Assembly: GCA_951406725.2 (NCBI GenBank)
Contig: OX597835.1
Coordinates: forward strand, 10,850,001-10,914,000
Origin: Octopus vulgaris
Taxonomy: Eukaryota
Direction: 5' to 3'
Length of the DNA stretch: 64,000 nucleotides
Below are positions 40,995 through 54,021 of this stretch, piece after piece (position 1 is the first letter of the stretch; each line of letters begins with the position of its first letter). The translations under genes and the position numbers were made by a program. A model generated the notes under the pieces. It worked only from the letters and a program-made list of their open reading frames with translations, was not told the origin of the DNA and did no database searches.

Positions 40995-41390
40995 TGTGTG
41001 TATGTATGTATGTATGTATGTATGTATGCAAGAATGTTTGTATGTATGTTTGTATGTATGTATGTGTGTATGGTTGTATGTACGTATGTATGTACGTATG
41101 TATGTATGTATGTATGTATGTGTGCATGTATATGTATGTATGTACATATGTATGTATGTATATATGTATGTATGTATGTATTTATGCATGTATGTATGTA
41201 TGTATGTATATATGTATGTATGTATGTATGCATGAATGTATGTATGTATGTATGTATGTATATATGTATGTGTATGTATGTATGTATGCATGAATGTATG
41301 TATGTATGTATGTATGTTTGTATATGTATGGTTATATGTATGTATGTATGTATGTATGTACATACGTATGTATATGGATATATGTGTGTA
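40995..41390. repeat. (TATG)n array, imperfect
   Basis: Direct reading. Confidence 0.95.
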
Positions 41391-42789
41391 AGCCAAATGT
41401 CTGCATCAGTTTATTTTTTTTTTATTATTTTGTCTTTCTTTTCCTCTTAATCTTGTTCAGATTTCTCTTACTATTTTCTTTGGTTTATCTATATACTAGT
41501 ACACCCTTACCAGCAAAAATGAAAACATTGAAAAAAAAAAAATAAGATAAAAACTGATATTTAATAAATGCATTGACATGACATTCATATATTTTCTATT
41601 CTTAATATAAACGAGTTGTTTAAAATTTATTACTGTTACTGAACTATACATATTGCAATACACATCTGTAGTATACATTTCAAGCATTACACATATACAT
41701 TGTAGAGTTTATGGGTATCATACATTGGAGAACATAATTTAGATGTTCCTTTACTTTTGCAAGGTGTGAAAGTGATACAAAGAGAAGCAACTGTCTCAAG
41801 CTCGTGTTTTCTCCCTCTCATTTATGGCTCTCATGGGAATTATTCAAGTATTTAATTTTCAATTTTTGCTGCAATTTAGCTTTTAAACAACAGACAAGTG
41901 TCTTGTCTTTCGTTTATGAAGCTGTTTTATTGTTTAAGTGACTTTTTATAACCAATTCCTTTGAGAAAATCTTCAAAAGCTTTTTGTTTGAATTAACTTG
42001 GAAATCAAGAAGGTTTATACTTACACAAAAGATACTTAGCTTCATGTATACAATGTTTTCACAGCTTTCCTCTTTTGTTAAAACCACAAATTCTTTAAAA
42101 CAAAATTCTCAATTTTTTACTCAAACAAAAGTCACACTGTACTTTTCATTTGAAACTGCCAGTTTTTGTAGACGTTTGCCTTATCAGCAATTCACCAGGT
42201 ATCTTTAAATTTGTGTGAACATGTCTCACCTAAGAACCTTACAATTTTTGACAAAACCATAGCAAATTTTTTATAAGCTTTTTGCATATGAATGTTTCTG
42301 CTTATAAAACCAATTTTAAATGTTAATTCCATTATGCCAGTATATACTTTAGACTCATATCTGTTGTTTGTTTCTACTTTAGAGCTGCTATATTATCAAT
42401 TTTGCCAAGCAGTTACTATCCTGTGGGCAGTTATCACAGATCCTGAAGTTACATGATTTGTGTTGAACAGCTGTTTGTCTTTCTGTTTCATTTGGTTTGT
42501 TGTATTATAGTTCCTGATATAACAAGGGAAATTCTTTCTAGCTGGACAAGTAATCTTAGCTCTGTTCTTATTTAATATCTTTCTGTATTTATATCTGAGT
42601 GGAAAACAATAATCCATTAAGTTAAGGAACTTGCTAGGTGTATTAGTTTTTAACTGTTGGATTCTTTACACAACAGGAAATGTTGTCACGTAGTTTTTGT
42701 TCCTAAAAAGGGTTGAACTCATGACCTTTTTTGTTTGTTCTGCCATGGAACTACACGATAAAAAAACCTCATGTAAACAGTGAGCAGGA

Positions 42790-42834
<45 letters not shown>

Positions 42835-43344
42835 TATTACAGAAGATAATGCAACACTGCTTGTCTGGTTCATCTTCTTGTCTCAGTTACTAAATAACTG
42901 ACTCAATAAAAATATTTAAAAAATAACATAGAAACAAGGAGAGAAAAAGTGTGGGTTAGAAAAGTGATTTCTGGTGTGTTAGACCAATGCCAAATCAAGC
43001 AGAAAGCCAACAAGACTGATAGAAAATATTGAAAAGGAAAATCAAAAAAGTGACAACAAAAATAAGCAAGATGATTCAAAGAATCACACTTCCTAACTTG
43101 AGAAATTTAGGCCACAAATTTTGGAGAGATATGTTGTTGATTTAATCAGAAGTAGTTCTTTTCTGTTGTTTATTTTATTGGCCCTGAAAGAATGACAGGT
43201 AAATGTGACCTTGGTTTGATTTGATCTCAGAACAGAAAGAAGACACAACAATATACCACATAGAATTCTTATATGATGCCCCACCAATTTTACCATTTTC
43301 AAAGAGGAGCAAATTAATTATAACGATCTGCTAAATGAAAGTAT

Positions 43345-43750
43345 GTGTGGTAAGTAGCTTGTTTACCAACCACATGGTTCTGGGTTCAGTCCCACTGCGT
43401 GGCACCTTGGGCAAGTGTCTTCTACTATAGCCTCGGGCCGACCAAAGCCTTGTGAGTGGATTTGGTAGACGGAAACTGAAAGAAGCCTATCGTATATATG
43501 TATATATATATGTGTGTGTGTGTTTGTGTGTCTGTGTTTGTCCCTCTAGCATTGCTTGACAACCGATGCTGGTGTGTTTATGTCCCCGTCACTTAGCGGT
43601 TCGGCAAAAGAGACCGATAGAATAAGTACTGGGCTTACAAAAGAATAAGTCCTGGGGTCGATTTGCTCGACTAAAAAAAAAAGGCGGTGCTGCAGCATGG
43701 CCGCAGTCAAATGACTGAAACAAGTAAAAGAGTAAAAGAGTAAAAAGAGT
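43345..43750 (+). mobile_element. SINE family A, young
   Basis: Complete body and (GTAAAAGA)n tail. Confidence 0.92.
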
Positions 43751-44274
43751 AGGGATATTGAAACCATTTCTAATTTTCATTCAAATATTTGAAGAATTAA
43801 GCAAAATTAAACGAAGTGAAACAGTTGGCATTTTAAAGGTGAGGTTAGATTCCACCAAGTCAGATACTTCTGAGACCAGTTTTGCCATATTTTACAGAAG
43901 TTCTTGGATAGCTAAGAAGCTAATGTCAAAGCAGGATATTTGTAATATATTATGCAAAAATGAGAATTGTGTAGCAAGGAATTATTGATGAGTAATACAG
44001 GCATAGAGACAATGGTTTGGACAAGTGAAATGGTATGTCACACATGGAAAACAGAAATATAATCAGAATGAAAGAAAATACATAAAAGACAATATTGTGA
44101 ACATGAAGGATAATGTTGGAAGATTAAAATGACAAAGGAAAGTTCCGGATTTACAATGTAGCTAAAGATTAAAGGAAGATGATGAAGTATGGGTTGATGG
44201 GTTTATTACAAAAAGAAAAAAAAGAGAATAACCCAACAAAAAGCAAAAACAATGATCTCTGATTGAGTCGCTTT

Positions 44275-44668
44275 CTCTTTTTTTCTCTTTTTACTTGTTT
44301 CAGTCATTTGACTGCGGCCATGCCGGAGCACCGCCTTTAATCGAGCAACTCGACCCCGGGACTTATTCTTTTTTTGTAAGCCCAGTACTTATTCTATCGG
44401 TCTCTTTTTGCCGAACCGCTAAGTAACGGGGGACATAAACACACCAGCATCGGTTGTCAAGCAATGCTAGGGGGACAAACACAGACACACAAACACACAC
44501 GCACACATATATATATACATATACATATATACAACGGGCTTCTTTCAATTTCCGTCTACCAAATCCACTCACAAGGCATTGGTCGGCCCGAGGCTATAGT
44601 AGAAGACACTTGCCCCGGAACCATGTGGTTGGTAGGCAAGCTACTTACCACACTGCCACTCCTACGTC
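44275..44668 (-). mobile_element. SINE family A with B-box-region deletion
   Basis: CACTTGCCC joins CGGAACCATG; the GTGGGACTGAAC segment is missing. Confidence 0.88.
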
Positions 44669-45049
44669 TATAAAGTCTAAGTGAAATCATTAAATATTTT
44701 ACCAGACATTGCTATAAAATCAAATTGTTCATTAAATGTAATGAAATTAATTTATAGAGTGATTATTGTGTAAATTAGATCAGCTCAAGATGACAAACTG
44801 AAGTTTCGTAAGTTCATTTGAAAGATCCGGTATATTTTGTACCATTTGGTTAAGCAGTTCCCCTTCACCCTTTACAGCAGTGTTTCTCAACCATTTTTTT
44901 TCCCTTAAATATGGGACTGTTTGGTTACTATTTGGTTTTGGTGGACCCCAAAGCCATTCGATGTTAAAAAACTAGTTTTGTAGATACTTCTTTCAAAATC
45001 CCTATATTGTCTGGCACCCATGAATCATAGCCATGATTGTTGCCATGTA

Positions 45050-45320
45050 AAAGGCATCCATACATTGTAGCTGTGGTGGTTGCTGGTGCCATCTAAATGG
45101 CCCTTGTGAATCATAGTTGCAGTTGTTACTAGTGTCATGTAAATGGCACGTAAAAGGTCCCATTACACTCCTGGAGTGGTTGGCATTAGGAAGGGCACCC
45201 AGCCATAGAAAGCATGCTAAAACACACTAAAACCTGGTGCGGTTCTCTGGCTTATCAGCTGCAGTTAAACTGTCTAACGCATGCCTACATAGAGAGTGGA
45301 TGTTAAATGACAACGAGGAC
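45050..45320 (+). mobile_element. Family B, old copy nested in the hAT element
   Basis: GGAGTGGTTGGCATTAGGAAGGGCACCCAGCC. Confidence 0.75.
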
Positions 45321-45333
45321 GTTGTTGTTGTTC

Positions 45334-45600
45334 CAGTTCTATATTTAAGAGACAAGGAATTATTTACATTATTTACATTTGACAGATATTTGTCCTCATC
45401 TTGTTTGTTGTTAATACAACATTTCGGCTACCCTCCAGCCTTCTTCAGGTGTCTTGGGGGGAAATTTCAAGCCTGGGTTCTCATTCCTAAGGTATTTTTT
45501 GGTTATCATTATTATTATTATTGTTCAGGTCACTGCTTGGAATTGAACTCGGAATCTTGGGGTTAGTAGCCCGTGCTCTTAACCACTATGCCATATGTCC
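45334..45600 (-). mobile_element. Family F (tRNA head + hammerhead tail), minus copy
   Basis: Minus: TGGCATAGTGG A-box, GAGTTCAATTCC B-box, (AAT)n, hammerhead at 45414-45452: ACAC CUGAAGA A GGCUG-gaggg-UAGCC GAAA UG UU GUAU. Confidence 0.82.
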
Positions 45601-45602
45601 AC

Positions 45603-45776
45603 GGGCATATGGTTAAGAGTGTGAGCTACTAACCCCAAGATTCCGAATTCGATTCTAAGCGGTAACCTGAATAATAATAACAACAACAACATCAAAAAAT
45701 ACCTTAGAAATGAGAGCTCAGGTTCGAAATTTCCCCAAGACACCTGAAGAAGTTGGAGGGTATATCAGCCGAAACA
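45603..45776 (+). mobile_element. Family F, plus copy, head-to-head with the previous copy
   Basis: GGGCATATGGTTAAGAG...TTCGATTCT...ACAC CTGAAGA...CAGCC GAAAC; similarity ends near 45776. Confidence 0.82.
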
Positions 45777-46449
45777 TAGTTGTTGTACACTTGTGTAGGT
45801 TTGCAGTAGCATCCCCTGAGTGAACATGTTTCAGTGGCTGAAGACATGGTGAACTCTGTAAAACATTAGAGAAAGAAATCTAGCAATAAATCCATTGAAA
45901 GCAAAATTCTTCATGGACCCTTAAAATACTCCTGTGGGTCCCCAATTTACTACTTTGCTTGTGTGGACCCTGCAGAATCTTATATGGACATTTGGGCTCC
46001 ATATAAGATGAAAACCACTGCTTTACAGGATCTCTGAGACGAGTGGGAGGAAGGGATGTATCCTCAGGTTAGAAATATGGCTTGAATGCCTGCAACAGAG
46101 TGAACACTGCTAAGAACGCCAAAGGTTGTGGGTGGAAGCCTTAGACCACAGGAGGAGGTCATGGCAGGATTTGAACTCAGAATGCAAACTGCTGGGACAA
46201 ATACTACTACTATGCACCCTATCTGATATTCTTATAGTTTGATTAAGGAAGCACCTTGATTTGGTAAGTTTTTTATTGGCACTGAATGGATGAAAGGCAA
46301 AGCTGATTATGATGGGATTTGAACTCAGATGGTAGAAAGTTGGATCAAACACCACCAGGCATTTTTATCTGATGTTCTGACAACTTTACCAAAGTGTTGT
46401 GTTGAAGAAGAACGAATATAAGCAAATATTAAAGAAGATAATATGTTAT

Positions 46450-46612
46450 AATTCTTTCTACTGGAAGCACAAGGCCTCGAATTTGGGAGAAGGGATTAAG
46501 TCAATTACATTGACCCCAAGTGTTTGACCGGTACTTATTTAACTGACCCTGAAAGGATGAAAGGCAAAGTCAACTTTGGCAGAATTTGAACTCGGAATGT
46601 AGTGGCAGACAA
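46450..46612 (-). mobile_element. SINE family D, 3' part (more diverged pieces at 46250-46385, 43090-43290, 20620-20750)
   Basis: GACCCTGAAAGGATGAAAGGCAAAGTCAAC. Confidence 0.75.
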
Positions 46613-46777
46613 AAAAAAGATGATATATTGTAACAATGACAGTTTTATTGAGAAAATAGGGATTCCTGATTGAGTCTCTAAGAGGAAATATTCTCATCCC
46701 CATCAATTGTAATGTCACACCAGACATTGCAACACTCTCAAATAATTTTTTTTGTTAAATGTAAAAGAATTTAATAA

Positions 46778-46843
<66 letters not shown>

Positions 46844-47670
46844 TAATAATAATAAAAACATTGTGTACAGTGCTCAGGGATAAAGGTTTTAGAAGTTGTA
46901 CCAGTTCTAGATTAGAAACTGAGGTTTGTCGATTCCATGGAACGTCCTAGCTAAATTAAGATATGTTTTCTTTGATAGGAAAGAATTATTTTATACTTAA
47001 GCTGTAGATATTAAACTGCAGGAATATTAGATGAACACAATTTAGTTACATAAAAGAGAAGAGAAAAAACTCCCTTCCCTTTTATGTCTTAAATTAGTTC
47101 TTGTAATATCTAAATGTTCTTGTAATATCTAAACGTTCTCTAAGAGACTTTAGCACACATCACTGATACATAACATTAGGTAGTGTTTGTAATTCTTTAA
47201 TTTTTAATTTCATAAATCATATTTTATTTTATTTTGCATAAGCTTGCAGTAAATTAAAAGAAAAATTTGCAAACACTTTGCTGTTTAATAACCCATGATG
47301 TAACAGACGAAGAGAATTGGTTAAGAGGTTTGGGAAATGATGGAGAGGATACCAAGGTATCCAAGTGGAAGGAAACTGTAGAAAGATCAAAGAAGGTGTT
47401 GACAGTACTGGTAAAAGGTGATCTTAAGATAATGAACTATGAAAAAAAAGACGCAATGAAGGGTAAGATCTTGGGTTAAAAATGATCTGTCTAATCCATG
47501 TCAGCATGGAAAAACAGGTGTAAAAATAATGGTATTTGTATAAAGATGAGGCCATTATCAGATTGAGGTTGTTGAGTTAGCAGTTGAGGTTTTTACTCGG
47601 ATGAGGTGTAACTGGTGTTTGCTTTCTAGGAAGACAATACCAAGTCAACAAATACTAGGTATAATGTTTT

Positions 47671-47775
47671 GCTAAGACCAAAGCACTATACGTAACAATT
47701 ATTGACCTGAAGAAGGCTTTCAACAAAATAAATACCTCTCCTCCGCTTTCCAGTGGATGCTAAGAGAACTAAGTC
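47671..47775 (+). pseudogene. Small LINE RT fragment
   Basis: AKTKALYVTIIDLKKAFNKI resembles the non-LTR RT motif DLxKAFD. Confidence 0.45.
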
Positions 47776-47871
47776 CTCAGGATTGACTTGTGAGATAACC
47801 ACAAACCATAAGAATACCTGGAAAGAAAAAACCCTTAGTTCAATATCATATTGACAGGTGTTGCATACATA

Positions 47872-48084
47872 CTCTACTCTTTACTCTTTTACTCTTTTAC
47901 TTGTTTCAGTCATTTGACTGTGGCCATGCTGGGGCACCGCCTTTAGTCGAGAAAATCAACCCTAGGACTTATTCTTTGTAAGCCTAGTACTTGTTCTATG
48001 AGTCACTTTTGCCAAACTGCTAAGTTACGGGAATGTAAACACACCAACATTGGTTGTCAAGCAATGTTAGGGGGACAAACACAG

Positions 48085-48136
<52 letters not shown>

Positions 48137-48288
48137 ATGTATACAATGGGCTTCTTCCAGTTTCCATCTACCAAATCCACCCACAAGGCTTTGGTCAGCC
48201 CGAGGCTATAGTAGAAGACACTTGCTCAAGTTGCCACACAGTGGGACTGAACCCAGAACCCTGTCGTTGGCAAGCAAGCTACTTACCA
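47872..48288 (-). mobile_element. SINE family A, head clipped by family E
   Basis: Colinear with other copies up to CTACTTACCA. Confidence 0.88.
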
Positions 48289-48289
48289 T

Positions 48290-48598
48290 ACAATCACGAA
48301 GTAGTGAGTTCGAACCCAGATCAGGCTGTGTGTTGTGCAAGACACTTTATTTCACATTTGACTCAGTTGACTCAGCTGTAGAAATGAGTTGCAATGCCAC
48401 TGGTGCCGAATTGTATTGGCCCCTTTGCCTTTCCCTTGGACTACATCAGTGGCATGGAGACGAGGGGAGGCTGGTATGCATGGCTGACTGCAGATCTACC
48501 ATAAACAAACTTGCGCAGATTTGTGCCTCAAAGGGGAACCTTCTAGGTGCAATCACATGGTCATTCATGACTGAATGGGGTTTTTACCCTTTACCTTA
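48290..48598 (+). mobile_element. SINE family E lacking its A-box
   Basis: Starts ACAATCACGAAGTAGTGAGTTCGAACCC; ends TTTACCCTTTACCTT. Confidence 0.8.
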
Positions 48599-48829
48599 AC
48601 AGTAATATTAGGGGGTTCAAAGAATCTAATGAATTTGGCATTAAGCTCTGCCAAGTGCATGGATTTCCAGCCTGGTCTGGGAATTGAACTCGCTACCTCA
48701 TGATTGTGAATCTGATGCTCTAGCCACAGACCCATGCACCTTCACATTTATTACTATATATATATATATATGTTGTATTTAGGAATGGTCATTTTGCCAG
48801 TTTAGCCAATAAATCTTGCAAAACAAATA

Positions 48830-49043
<214 letters not shown>

Positions 49044-49785
49044 TCCCCATGCGTAGATGTGGTTTGCATCTCTTTATAAACGCCTACACCAAAGCAGAGG
49101 CGGTTGTAGAGTTTCTTTGTTTTTCTTATATAAATGTTCTTCCCAGTTATGTTACAAATGTTTTAATTTTTCCTCGTAATCATTAAAATTTATAACGACA
49201 GTGCATAATCAACCGACAACTTCTAAAATAGCTACACCATCACCAAACACTATAACAATCACAACATCGCCGCTACAACTTGACAATAAGAAATATTGCT
49301 ACCACGACAACACCACCACCACCACCAATACCACAAATTCATAACGACAACAACAACAGCAACAACATCTCAACACACTAATTTCAGACTTATATATTTA
49401 TATTTATGAAATAATAAAGAATTACTGAAAATTTTCATTAAAAATGTTTCGAGTAAGCAATATTTTAATAAAGAATTTCAAAGAATATTTGTGTAATGAG
49501 TTAGTACTGGTGGTAGTACTTTGTGGTGGTTGAGTAGGAAGCGCGGGGGTGTTGGTGGGTGTAGTCATTTATCAAGTAGTGTGGTGGTGGTGGTGGTGGT
49601 GGGGGTGGTGGGTGGTTTATTCATTTCTCAGCTAATTTAGCCTTTAGTCACTGCATGTTATAATTAAATAGTTTCAGAACAAGTTTTCCTACTTATTTTG
49701 TATTCTATTGTATCTGTCCTATCTACTTGGCATTGTATGTGTGTGTGTGAATATTAGATGATATTTTATCATATATGCATAAAAT

Positions 49786-49826
<41 letters not shown>

Positions 49827-49891
49827 TATATAAGTAGCCAGCACACATTTGAACACACATATATGTGTGTATGTATACACATACACACACA

Positions 49892-49984
<93 letters not shown>

Positions 49985-50134
49985 TATAATAATTTATCAT
50001 AAAGAGTACTTATATATGCGTAAGTTTATAGGTTATACTTATATATGTGTATGTCTGTATACATATATATATTATGTCATATATACATAAAATTTATCTA
50101 TCTACCTACCTGTCTATCTACTTACCTGCCTATC

Positions 50135-50246
<112 letters not shown>

Positions 50247-50299
50247 CATCTATCTATCTATCTACCTACTTGCCTGCCTGCCTGTCTGTATATATGTAT

Positions 50300-50384
<85 letters not shown>

Positions 50385-50387
50385 TAT

Positions 50388-50642
50388 TATAGAAGGAGCT
50401 TCTACAGGACTAGAACTGTTTCATTCAAGAGAAATCTTCAGGAAGCTAGTTAACAAGAATTGTATTGGCATTTTTGACTGCTACTTCTAAATTCGGTATG
50501 TGGTGAGGCAAATCCTGAAGATTTCTCTTGAATGAAACAGTTCTAGTCCTGTAGAAGCTCCTTCTATATAATAAATTAATTTTACTCTACTATGTATTGA
50601 GTACCTTATTTACTGTGGTTAACCCCGAATCAACCCGGGACC

Positions 50643-50645
<3 letters not shown>
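50388..50645. mobile_element. Penelope-like fragment in (TA)n with 56-bp inverted arms (50388-50443 / 50513-50568)
   Basis: Arms are exact reverse complements; the spacer sequence recurs at ~51384-51427. Confidence 0.75.
50397..50447 (-). ncRNA. Type I hammerhead ribozyme motif, complete
   Basis: Minus: AGCUUC CUGAAGA U UUC-ucuu-GAA U GAAA CAG-uucuaguc-CUG UA GAAGCU; 6-bp stem I, stem III ACAG/CUGU, GUA triplet. Confidence 0.8.
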
Positions 50646-50698
<53 letters not shown>

Positions 50699-50761
50699 AA
50701 TTGTCAGTGTATCTTATATCTGTAAACGAAGCACAATCTAAAGCATAGAGCAGCAATAATG

Positions 50762-51005
50762 TATTTATATGCAGTTCAATGTATGTCTGGTCTTAGAGTG
50801 ACCAATGGTTTTACATCCATAAAAGGGCTTAGTCCTATGGATAGCTCAGCAAACTCTAAAGCCAAAGACAAACATAACTCTTCTGAGTTGAAGAGTTCTA
50901 CTTGTCTTTGGGAGTCTGACGAGCCATCCAAGGGACTAGAACCTTTATGGATATGAAACCATTGGTCACTCTAAGATCAGACATACATTGAACTGCATAT
51001 AAATA
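50762..51005. mobile_element. 244-bp imperfect palindrome (inverted Penelope-like terminal repeats)
   Basis: Arms 50762-50883 and 50890-51005 are diverged reverse complements. Confidence 0.8.
50911..50972 (+). ncRNA. Type I hammerhead ribozyme motif, complete
   Basis: GGAGU CUGACGA gcc AUCCA AGGG-acuagaa-CCUU ua UGGAU au GAAA CCAUUGG UC ACUCU; GUC triplet; decayed mirror copy at ~50793-50859 on the minus strand. Confidence 0.78.
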
Positions 51006-51072
51006 TCTATGTATGTATAGAAGTATTCGGTGCCCAGTCAAGCACATATGCCCTGCATGTTATGCATGAATA

Positions 51073-51235
51073 TGCAGGAGTGGCTGTGTGTTAAGTAGCT
51101 TGCTTACCAACCACATGGTTCTGGGTTCAGTCCCACTGTGTGGCACCTTGGACAAGTGTCTTCTACTGTAACTTCAGGCTGACCAAAGCCTTGTGAGTGG
51201 ATTCGGTAGATGGAAACTGAAAGAAGCCCGTCATA
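51073..51235 (+). mobile_element. SINE family A, 5' half
   Basis: GCAGGAGTGGCTGTGTG...AAGAAGCCCGTC then (TA)n. Confidence 0.85.
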
Positions 51236-51567
51236 TATATATATATATATACATATAGAATGATTAGAATGATTTTTATAGAATGATTTTCGTCATTTCT
51301 TTCTCTTTTGCCTGCGTCGTTTGCTTTTTAAGTGCTTTGGTTTTACTGGGATCTCCCTTTTAAGTAGAAAGAATAGCCAAAACTTTTTGACTGCTACTTC
51401 TAAATTCGGTATGTGGTGAGGCAAATCGTTGCTAAACCCTTAATTACTTAGTATTACTTAAACCTTCCTTGAATGGGGCTTTTACATGCCAAACTCTTCT
51501 TGGTGAAATTAATGATTATTTCTAAATTAATTAATTTCACCCTTTATTATTGATATATATATATATA

Positions 51568-51617
<50 letters not shown>

Positions 51618-51734
51618 TGAGGGTACTACTATTCGTAGATACCAACACGCTAAGAGGGACCAATGCGGTCAAAACTACTAAAAATAAACAAAATTTTACC
51701 GAATGCAAAACTTCAAAACACATCATTTTAAAAA

Positions 51735-52829
51735 AGTTTAAACATGTTATTTCCCCCACACTGACACAGATGAACATCTCTCCATGCAACTTATAATAAA
51801 CACTCACCGTGATCCTTTAACATCTCATCCATCAGATCCACAACTCTGGGATCTCATTTAAACACTATGTCCCCTATAAATACATATATATATATATATA
51901 TATAATATACATACTACATATACATAATATATATACTACATATATTTAATTTACTACATTAATTTAATTAATATATATATATATATGGCCAGAGTATCCT
52001 TAAAAGTAGCTGTACTCTAGTTTGGTCACAGTCCAGTGGCTGAAAACTGCAAAAGAACAGAAGCTCATAAATAAATATTAGCATCTCTTCATTATCTGAT
52101 GCTTGCTTTCATTGTGCTATTTAGCTCTGGTTTCCAAGAACTTTGCATAGTTTGGTAGCTTTGTGTTGGTAACAAAGTACGTTTTTAGCTAGACCAAATA
52201 TTGGTAAAAGAAATAATAAAAGACTTGTAGACATCTCCACTTATATTCTTTACAAAATTGTAACAAATGGCAAACTATAAAAATCAGAATATTTATTATC
52301 TTGCGGCATATCTCAAGATTTCTTTGGTTAGACACCAGTATAAGTTATTGTTGCTTGTCAGAACAATATAATAATGGTCACCACATGTATGTTTGATAAA
52401 GGATGGAGAGGAGAAGAAGGAAAGAATATTATCTCATAACTGTGGTGTTTAATATATCCGTCAGGGCTTTTGTAGAGTTAGCGTAAAGGTTTTGTATGCA
52501 GATTTAAATGTGTGTATGTTTGTGAGTATTTGTTTGGCAGTGTGTCACAGGCATTGAATGAGGAAGATGCATGGTAGTTGGAGAGATACGGGGTGGGGAT
52601 AATTCATTTGATGTGGTCAGAAAAGGCCGAACACAATGGTTCTCTGAGAGTGAGTAAGTTTAAAAAGCAGAAGTTGATGTATGCAAGAGCGGCTACAATG
52701 GAATCAGAGAAACAGTTGCATAAATGGACAATGCGTTCCTTCAATGAAAAATGACTGTGTTTTGACAGAGAAGTTATTTGCTGCAGAAGAAAAAGAAACA
52801 AATAGTCCCTCACATTATATATCATCATA

Positions 52830-52877
<48 letters not shown>

Positions 52878-53073
52878 GTATATATATTATGTATATGTAG
52901 TATGTATATTATATATATATATATGTATTTATAGGGGACATAGTGTTTAAATGAGATCCCAGAGTTGTGGATCTGATGGATGAGATGTTAAAGGATCACG
53001 GTGAGTGTTTATTATAAGTTGCATGGAGAGATGTTCATCTGTGTCAGTGTGGGGGAAATAACATGTTTAAACT
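51735..53073. repeat. 153-bp inverted repeat pair (51735-51887 / 52921-53073) enclosing ~1.03 kb
   Basis: No mismatch seen by eye between the arms. Confidence 0.9.
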
Positions 53074-53230
53074 ATGATCATGATGTATTAGCATGTTGAT
53101 GTGTGTATGTATGTATATATATATCTGTGTGTGTGTGAGTGTGATGTGTGTCAGAGTATGTAGGCAAGAGATCATTGTTTAGTTGACATCAGAAGTATAA
53201 AAACTGGAAAGCAAGATGAAAGAAACAGAA

Positions 53231-53277
<47 letters not shown>

Positions 53278-53334
53278 CACACATATACATACATATATAT
53301 ATATATGTATATATATATATACACATATACATAC

Positions 53335-53367
<33 letters not shown>

Positions 53368-54021
53368 CACACACATATATATATATATATACACACATAT
53401 ATATATATATATATACACACACATATATTTATATATACACACACATATAAATATAGATAGATAGAGAGAGAGAGAGAGAAGGAAGGTGAGGGGGGGAATT
53501 GCATGTCAGAAGAATATTTTCGTTTTGTGTTTTGTAGAAATTTACAGAAACCAAGTAAAATATATATTTTGGAAGAAAGAAAAAGAGCCGAAGAGATGTA
53601 TAAGAAAAAGGTGGGGTGGGGGTGGACAGAAGACAGGAACAACCTTAAAAAACAATTCTTGACTTGACTGATAATATAAAAAAAAGAATCTATAAAAAAA
53701 AAAATTCTTGGTTTATCTAATAAACAACAATTCTTCGTACTGCAGAAGTTAAGCAGAACTTTAGGTGAACCTCGTCAAGGAATCATTTTTTTGGTTAATG
53801 CCAGTTAATTCAAAAGTAACTGTACAGAGAAAAAGTAGAAGACAGGGAGAGACGAGTGGGAAAAAAGCTTGTTAAGTGAAGATGTGGATGTGTGTTTGTG
53901 TGTGTGTATGTATTATACAGAATCACAGGTGTATTTACTCAGGGTATTAATTTAGTAAACTGATGACCCAAGACATAGATAAAGTTAATTTAATGTAAGA
54001 AATATGAATAGTTTGATGTAG

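Larger units (their letters stand above)
44878..46020. mobile_element. hAT (Charlie-like) non-autonomous element with nested insertions
   Basis: Termini CAGTGTTTCTCAA / ATGAAAACCACTG; perfect 8-bp TSD CTTTACAG at 44870-44877 and 46021-46028. Confidence 0.8.

Noticed and set aside
41700-42780. AT-rich non-microsatellite block, possibly a decayed DNA transposon
   Set aside because: No diagnostic motif, TIR or TSD could be read.
52655-52800. KKQKLMYARAATMESEKQLHKW, reminiscent of a pogo/Tigger CENP-B-type HTH
   Set aside because: Too short and degenerate to call without a profile search.
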